Assembly: GCF_006345805.1 (NCBI RefSeq)
Contig: NC_043008.1
Location: 71,114,001 to 71,178,000, forward strand
DNA: 64,000 nucleotides
Reading direction: 5' to 3'
From: Octopus sinensis
Taxonomy: Eukaryota
In this document: positions 56,072-64,000 of the stretch, piece by piece
How positions within the stretch are numbered: position 1 is the first letter of the stretch
Layout: every line of letters starts with the position of its first letter
The notes under the pieces: model-generated
Database searches by the model: none
What the model saw: the letters and a program-made list of their open reading frames with translations, nothing else
Told to the model about the DNA's origin: nothing
Translations under genes and position numbers: made by a program

Positions 56072-58829
56072 GTCATTATTGTCATTCTGTTTATTATTCA
56101 GAAGTCTTATTTTCATAATGTGCTTTCATTGCATTACCTACCAAGTATAGCTCTGTGTGCCTTTGGCATGTGCTGTAGTTTGTTATGTTTCTCTTACAGT
56201 TACTGTATTGAAAACATTTTACGTAGGATATGTGCAGTGCCTAGTAGTGCTATTTTCTGTATGCTATATATATATATTTGTTAGTCCTAGTGTTTTGTTG
56301 TGTATTTGTCTGAATATTTTTTATATCATACCTGATGCGCCCACTGTTATAGGAATTGTTTCTGTTTTTAGACCCCACATTGGAGTTACCTCAATTTCCA
56401 TGTCTATTTCTCCATTTCTTTTCGAGAAATGTTGTCATATGTTAGCATTGATACATCAATTAGCATTTTTTGTTTTGATGATCTCTGACAATTATATCTG
56501 TCATGTTGACATTAATTTCTCGATCTGTGTGTATTGGTATATCCTAGATTATTGCTGCTTTCTTATTTTCTGTGACCGTTTCTGGCACGTGCCTGTACCC
56601 TCTTTTTCTGTTGTTATTCTATAGTGTTGGCATAGATTCCAGTGTATGTTGCTCCCAACTCAGTTGTGTCTGTGAAAATATTCCTTCTGAACTAGGACTG
56701 CACAACCAGAGACAATATGATTTATTGTTTCTTGTCCATCTCCACGTATTGTGCCTTTACTTTTATCTTTCTTTGCATTATATGTTTTTGGTAATTTCTG
56801 GTGGGGAGGCTTTGGTCTTGTGCTGCAGTTAAAAATCTTTCAGTCTCTGCTTTGAGTCCTGAGCTTCTCAGCCTTTGTTGCGATTTTGCTTTGTCTATTT
56901 CTTTTGCATTTAGTTTAACCCGGTATTTGCCATCGTTTTATCGTGGTCCGTTGCTGTTCCAGTTTTAGTTTGGATTTCATTTGTTTTACATCTTTTGTTG
57001 TTTCTTCTTTTTCTTCATAGTCTTTTTTTGTATTTGCCAGCTTCCTTCAAGACTGAAACAGATTTTTGCTTTCTTCGTGTTTTGTGACTATTTGTATTAG
57101 TTTTCCTTGCTTCTGAAATAAAAATGTTCGTAGTCTTATAGGGGTTATTTTGTAATGGCTTTCTAGCTATATAAGGTCTCTACCATCTTCTATACATTGT
57201 ATACATAACCTTTCTGTCTCAGATTTTGGGTGGTGAATCCTAAATCTTGTCATTATTTATCTTGTTTGCCTGTCTATTTTGATTAGTTCGTCTAGAGTCC
57301 AATTAAGTATATTGTAGCTATAACTTATAACTGGGACGGCTTGAGTGTTGATGCCTATAATCTTGCTTTTCGCATTGAGCTGTTTTCAGTATTAATTTAA
57401 GTTGTCTATAGCATTCTTTTTTATTTTCTCTTTCATTTGTGTGTCTGTTGTATCATATCTAATTCATTGATTCCTAAGTATTTGTATATCTGCCTTTGGT
57501 CTAATTCGCTTGTTTCATTTGCTTTATCTAGTGTGATGTTGCTAATCTTAACTTGTTTTCCTCTTTTCAAGGTTACTTTGGCACATTTTTCTAAGCCATA
57601 TTTCATATATATTTCGTTGGTAAATCCACGTACTGTCTGTTGTAATGTTTCTAGCTGTTTACCATTTGTAGCTTACATTTTTAGGTCATCCATATACAAG
57701 AGGTGGCTAAATGTTTTGTCGTAATAGTTGTATCCGCATCCAGTTGTGCTTAGCATGTCAGATAAAGGTGTCAGTGCCAAGCAGAAAAGGAGTGGAGAGA
57801 ACGTGTCTGCCTGGAATATATTCCTTTTCTAATGAGGATGGCTTTGGTTTCTATGAGTCCTTCTTTTGTCTGAGGCTGTAACACTGTCTGCCATTTATTC
57901 ATGGCATGTGTCATATATTTTAAGATTATTGGTGCTACCTTGTTCATGGTTAGTGTTTCTAGGATCCATGTGTAGGGAATACTATCAAAAGCCTCTCGGT
58001 AATCGATCCCGGGCATACTTCGACCGTACTTCTTTATGTAGCTGTCTTCAGTTATGGATTTATTGATCGTAAATTGATCTTTACAGTCGTATGAGCCTTT
58101 GCAGCATCTCTTCTGCTCTTCTGGAAACAGATTGTTTTCTTCCAGATGCTTCCTCATTCTCTGCGATATTATTGCAGTAAAGGCTTTGTGAATTATAGTG
58201 AGACAAGATATTGGTCCGTAATTTTGTGGGTTTGCCGTTTCAGTGGATTTTGGAAATAAGATAGTTCTCTCTTCCGTGAGCCAGTCAGGCATTGTCTCTG
58301 GCTCTGCAAGTATGTGATTAAATTCCTCAGCCAGCTTTTTATGCGTTCCTGTCGAATACTTTAACCAGAATTTGGGGATCTTATGGTGCCGCGTGCCTAC
58401 CAGTTGCTTAACTTTTGCAGTGCCTGGGTGACCTCTTCAGTTGTTATAGGGGTCCAGAGTTGTTCAGGTGTTGAGTTCGTTGTTTTGATAGGACTTCTTT
58501 CCCAAAATTCTTCCATTTCTTCTGTTTTTGGTGCTGCAATGATGTCTATTTGATTTTTGCGAAGTTCTTGGTAGAATCTTTTGGGAGTTGGAGTTGAACT
58601 GTTTATTTTTTCAAAGAAACGTTGGTGTTCCTCATACCGGCGGATTCTTTGCGCTTTCACAAGGATATCTTGCTTTAGCTATTATTTTACCTGTAATTTT
58701 GTATCTACATAGTATTTTTGTTCTCTTCTTGTTGCTTAGTAGTGTTGATTGTCTAGTAGTTTCGTTAAGGATTTACAGACCTTTTCTCTTGTTTTTTTAT
58801 TTTTTCTGGATATTATTTATCCGGTGGGA
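56071..58829 (-). mobile_element. Second, more decayed R4/Dong-clade retrotransposon family (RT + RLE)
   Basis: 57771-58292 (PDWLTEERTILFPK, NYGPISCL, IDYREAFD). C-terminus ALLGTAHILRK at about 56215-56250. (TTA)n on both flanks. Confidence 0.8.
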
Positions 58830-58844
58830 TTATTATTATTATTA

Positions 58845-58894
<50 letters not shown>

Positions 58895-58904
58895 ATAATT
58901 TTGG

Positions 58905-59275
58905 CGTTGAGCTGGCAGAATCGTTAGCACGACGAGCAAAGTACTTAGCGGTATTTCACTCGTCGCAACGTTGTGAGTTCAAATTCCGCCGAGGTCGACT
59001 TTACCTTTCATCCTTTCGGGGTCGATACTTAATTAAGTACCAGTAAACTTCTAGTGTTACTAAAGCGGTGAGCTGGCAAAATCGGAAGAACACCGAGTAA
59101 ATGTTTGCGACATTTCGTTCTCTTTCCGTTCTGAGTTCACATTCCTCAATATCGACTTTGCCTTTCATCCTTTCTGAGTCGATAAATTAAGTACCAGTGA
59201 AACTCTGAGGTCGATGAAATCGACTATCCCCTTTCCGAAATTTCAGGCCTCGAGCCTATAACAGAAAGGATTATT
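58905..59275 (+). mobile_element. Two tandem SINE family A copies
   Basis: Heads at about 58905 and 59065. Other family A copies or fragments: 4680-4820(-), 21870-22012, 22135-22275, 29430-29530, 59865-60055(-), 60215-60415, 63785-63900. Confidence 0.7.
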
Positions 59276-59285
59276 ATTACTTGTG

Positions 59286-59318
<33 letters not shown>

Positions 59319-61315
59319 ATTTGTGGGACAGAATAAAAAAAGGACAACAACTATGTAGCTTTTATGGTCTACATTAAAGAATCTGATCCCGTTGTTTGCC
59401 TTTGAGACCCATTATGTAACACAATGTGCTAAATTTCACTTTCGAACTAGTAGACTTCTAACTGAGTAAACAATCTAAAGTTTCTTGGAGCAATTATTCA
59501 ACCCACATGGGACATAATCTGCTTTGTTACGCGCAAAAATACAACGGTGGCGGTGATAGAAGAAAGAAGTTAAGATTTTATTTAAATAAAAGTATTTACT
59601 AAAAATATGACTACAAATGTCAATTTTAGTGTTTAGTAAGAAAAGTAACGCTAATGGCTGCTGAAGGAGAGTGGAAAGTATTAGTAGTCACTTTAATTAA
59701 CAGTAGTTAAAGTCAAGAAAAAGAAACATCATTAGTTTAAGAGAACTCTAATCAAAGTTTGGACTGAAATTATTTTGATAGAGATATAAAAGTAAAACTA
59801 TCCCAGGAGAGACTCCCAAAACAAGGAAATAAACAAAAATACTTCAGGACACAAGGAAGCTTTAAAGAAATATTGGTTTCAAATTGTCATACAAGGCCAG
59901 CAGCTCCGAGGGTGGGGTTAAGTCGATTTCATAGACTCTAGTGCTTAACTGGTACTTATTTTATCGATCTTATGGAAGTCAAATTCGACCTCTGCAGAAT
60001 TTAAACTCAGAACAAATAGACAGACGAAATGGTGCTAAGTATTTTTCCCAGCATAAGCTTTGAAGAAATATCGACTTGAGAATATGAAGTTGAGAAAAAC
60101 TATTCAGTCACATTGATTAAATGTCGAAAATGAGTTATTATTAATAACATATTTTTCCGACTATTTTCCTCATTATTAGAATACAACAATTTTTAATATT
60201 AAAATTTAAACTCATGCTGGCGAACTGGCAACGGCCAAAATGCTTCACGGCATTTCGTCTGCTTTTATGCTCTGAGTTCAAATTTCACCGAGGTCGACTT
60301 TACCATTAACCTTTCGGGGTGGTTAAAATGAGTAACAGCCAAGCACATTTCGATTTGATCGACTTCCACCCTTCCCCGAGATTGCTGGTGTTGTACTAAA
60401 CTTTGATACCAATATTTAAATATAAATTTCATAGTAGTTTCGATCACATTGAAGTGTCTAATTACTTTAGCATTACTTACGCCGTAATTTGAACACAGTA
60501 ATTTATTTACTAAACTAACTGTAACAACACTTCTTATACATTACTCCATTAATGAAAGCATATTAAATGTTTGTATTTTAGGCTAATTAATTCCATTTTT
60601 CACAAAAGCTAACCATGGTAACCTACAGTTTGTACTTGTGTTATTATTGGGATTCCAGTGAGCGCTTTGTACCGCTTCCAGATTTTTTGACAATTTCAAA
60701 TTCTAGCAACAGCAATTGGATGTCCAAGTATTTTATGCATCACATGAACTCACTAAGTAGAGTAATCCATTCTGCTGTGGAACTGGAACGCATCTCTCGA
60801 CCTTCAATCTTTGATATGTTGGTAAAAATGACAGGGGAAGGTTAAACCTATAACGGCTGGAGACTAATTAAACCATACATTTCTGTATCGATGTAGTGTA
60901 AAAATATAACTTGTCGAATGAATGTATAGAAATATAATCACAATCTGATCTAAAGGAAATGATTTATCTGAAATGCATCACGATTAATAAATACCCAACC
61001 TCGCTATTAAACCATACAGATGAGATGAAATTAAAAACTACACTGTATTTACTACAATGCAAGGGATTGTTTGAAAGCATTTGTAAATTCTGTAGAACTT
61101 ATAATAAATTAACCGTATATTTTGGAGTCTCCTTATTTAAAGTTACCTCAGAAACTATTGAATAAAAGAACTGCAATTGTAGCAGGCTATGATTATGCAG
61201 ATGATCCTATATGGAAAAACTAGGAACTTGTAAATCTATCGTAATAGAACATCAAATAATGCGGGGACAAGAATGAAATGAGTGCAATAACTAGTGCCTA
61301 AAAGGAAAATATTAC

Positions 61316-61446
61316 CCGCTATGAATAGAAATTCCAAAATTGATGTATATTTGGGACGTAGATTGCCATACGCCAAAGGAGCAGTATATATTCCCTGATC
61401 AGTAATGCTAGCATTGACATCAATGTCATCAGCGAAATATAGCCGC
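61316..61446 (-). CDS. Candidate internal exon of an unidentified host gene
   Basis: TTTTCACAAAAG|G acceptor and GCGG|GTAATA donor. 131 nt open as RLYFADDIDVNASITDQGIYTAPLAYGNLRPKYTSILEFLFIA. No partner exon or homolog recognised. Confidence 0.3.
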
Positions 61447-62094
61447 CTTTTGTGAAAAATGAATTTAAATAATTTAAAAGAAGTCGATGCATTTGTATAG
61501 ATCACTGCCGCAATGAATGAAGTTTTAGCTCAGAAAATGGAGTTCATAGACTTATTCCAATTCACAGACACTTTACTGTTTACATATCAACAAATAAAAC
61601 AACTGATGACTGCTGGATTGATGTAATGTTTCGTATATTTCTAGAATGTGCCATTTGACGTATTAGTGAGAAAGCTATCATTTGAACCGAGCAGTGCATT
61701 TTCACTCTTTTTAAAGTACATATCTCTTAAGATCTAGGTGAATCTACGACGTCAGGAATCTTGAATTGATAGTAACAGAAGAGAGGAATAGGAATTATTT
61801 GAAACCAAATGTATTAAATCGACTGTCAAATTCTTTTCAAAACAATACCAAGGGACGTGTAAATAAATAATGTATGAAATTACATAGACTACTTCTGTTT
61901 TTTGGTGCTGTTTTTGTTCTTTTTCATGTATTTTTTCTTGAATATCAATGAAATAATTTAAATATCACACTTACTGATAAAAAAACCAGAAGCAACATGA
62001 GTATCTTACGACAAACTATTTTATATATTCTCCTCATCACATTTCATAGTATTAAATGTATTCTACAGAGGCCGAGAGCACAACCAACGAAGTG

Positions 62095-62335
62095 TAGTAG
62101 TAGTAGTAGTAGTAGTGGTGGTAGTGGTGGTGGTAGTGGTGGTGGTTGTGTTGGTGTTGGTAGTAGTAGTAGTGGTAGTGGTGGTGGTTGTGGTGGTGTA
62201 GGTAGTAGTAGTAGTAGAAGTAGCTGCAGCAGCAGCAGCAGCAGTAGTAGTGGTAGTAGTAGTAGTAGTAGTAGCAGTAGTAGTAGTAGTAGAAGCAGCT
62301 GTATTGTTGGTGGTAGTAACACTAGCAGTAGCAAT
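62095..62335. repeat. (GTA)/(GGT)/(GCA) compound microsatellite
   Basis: Direct reading. Confidence 0.9.
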
Positions 62336-62720
62336 TACTAGTACGACTACCGCAATTATTGTGCTAATTCACCAAATAGTAAGATATTTTGAGCCCTAAA
62401 AATAACTACACATTCATTCATGCCTCTATATACACAACCACTACACCACAACAACAACTGTTACCACTGTTGTCCCAAGCAGTCTGGCTATTGCTAATAC
62501 CAAGCTACAAGGTATAGTTACGCACAATATTATTCCAAGGGAGTTAAAAAGAAAGAGAGAAAGGTGGAGTAAATAGAGGCGAAAAACAGACAATCAATAG
62601 TTTACGGTTGCTTTCATCCTATGTAATCCTTCTGTTACTTCGAAACAGACTTGAGATTCGTCTGCTGAGATGCCATCATTTGAGTCATTATATTTTTCTT
62701 ATGCAATATACACAAATATT

Positions 62721-63138
62721 AGGGCAGCGAGCTGGCAGAATCGTTAGCAGACCAGGCGAAATGCTTAGCGGTATTTCGTCTGCCGTTACGTTCTGAGTTC
62801 AAATTCCGCCGAGGTCGACTTTGCCTTTCATCCTTTCGGGGTCGATTAAATAAGTACCAGTTACGCACTGGGGTCGATATAATCAACTTAATCCGTTTGT
62901 CTGCCCTTGTTTGTCCCCTCTGTGTGTAGCCCCTTGTGGGCACTAAAGAAATAGGTATTTCGTCTGCCGCTACGTTCTGAGTTCAAATTCAGCCGAGGTC
63001 AACTTTGCCTTTCAACCTGTTGGGGTCGATTAAATAAGTGCCAGTTACGCACTGGGATCGATATAATCGACTTAATCCGTTGGTCTCTCCTTCTTTGTTC
63101 CCTCTGTGTTTAGCCCCTTGTGGGAAATAAAGAAATAA
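62721..63138 (+). mobile_element. tRNA-derived SINE family A, head + duplicated body
   Basis: Same structure and junction as 1700-2112. Confidence 0.8.
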
Positions 63139-63640
63139 ATATACGCAAATATTGTTCACAATATTCTCAGGTTTAAAATGACTAAGTTAAAGACAAACTA
63201 ACTAGAGTCGGGCTGAGTGCATATATCCTATATGATTATAGCATATTTACACTCATGAGGTATATACGCAAAGGCGTACTTGGACATACAACGTAGAAAT
63301 ACAATGACACATTTGTAAACAAACATTTTTTATTGTTTTTGGACGCTTCAAATGTGTATCGTATCATACAGACGAGAAAGTAATATTTCGAACACATTTA
63401 GTTTGGCACTTAATTTACCACCGCTGTAAATGATATCAAATAGCATTCGCTGTTTGGTGGTATGTGATAAATGTATTTCTTACAAGATAGGAAATTAGTC
63501 CCAATGTAAAACATTCATTGATGTACACATAAATACAATTACATATACATAAAATACATAAATCTTTCTCGCTCTCTCTCTCTTTATATATATGCATATG
63601 TGTGGGTTTGCGTTTGTATTTGTATATGTATATGTATGTT

Positions 63641-63697
<57 letters not shown>

Positions 63698-64000
63698 CAC
63701 ATATGTATGTATGTATACTTGTCTATTTGCCAATCTGTCGATATGGGAAAATATATTTGTGTATAATAATATACAGAATATGAAAGCGGCGTATTGGCAG
63801 GGTCATTAGAGCTCATTATATCTCGTGATATTCGTTCTGTGTCCGCTCGTGACTTCAGATCACACTGAGGTCAACTTTACCTTTACGTAGATAAAAATAA
63901 TTACTGATGGCATAATTGGCAGGAGCTTAAGAAAGATGTAATATCTGTTTCGGATCTTTACATGTAAGCAGCAACGTCTGCAACGACAGGATTGTATTCA

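Overview
AT-rich, microsatellite-saturated eukaryotic genomic DNA, probably intronic or intergenic. The SINE families and repeat make-up strongly resemble an octopus (coleoid cephalopod) genome; this rests on recognition, not a database search. No host gene can be identified with confidence: there is one candidate exon near 61.4 kb and a CpG-richer patch near 6 kb. Most listed ORFs are microsatellite artefacts. Real coding remnants are all transposon-derived: a mariner (DD34D) element with intact TIRs and TA duplication, two families of R4/Dong-type RT + restriction-like-endonuclease retrotransposons lying in (TAA)n arrays, and two Penelope-like elements (GIY-YIG, one with RT). The main discovery is a set of type I hammerhead ribozyme (HHR) motifs in several unrelated non-coding elements inserted at (TA)n tracts. 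These include a 479-bp tandem-plus-inverted array (48216-49768) with one HHR per unit, which looks like a retrozyme/circRNA-producing element. Three more solo HHR elements are present (two with inverted arms), plus a minimal HHR with an apparent A3:U8 compensatory core in the Penelope 3' repeat. Several of these share the Penelope-type signature of a 5' inverted copy of their 3' part. Coordinates were counted by hand; element boundaries are approximate to a few bases unless a motif is quoted.
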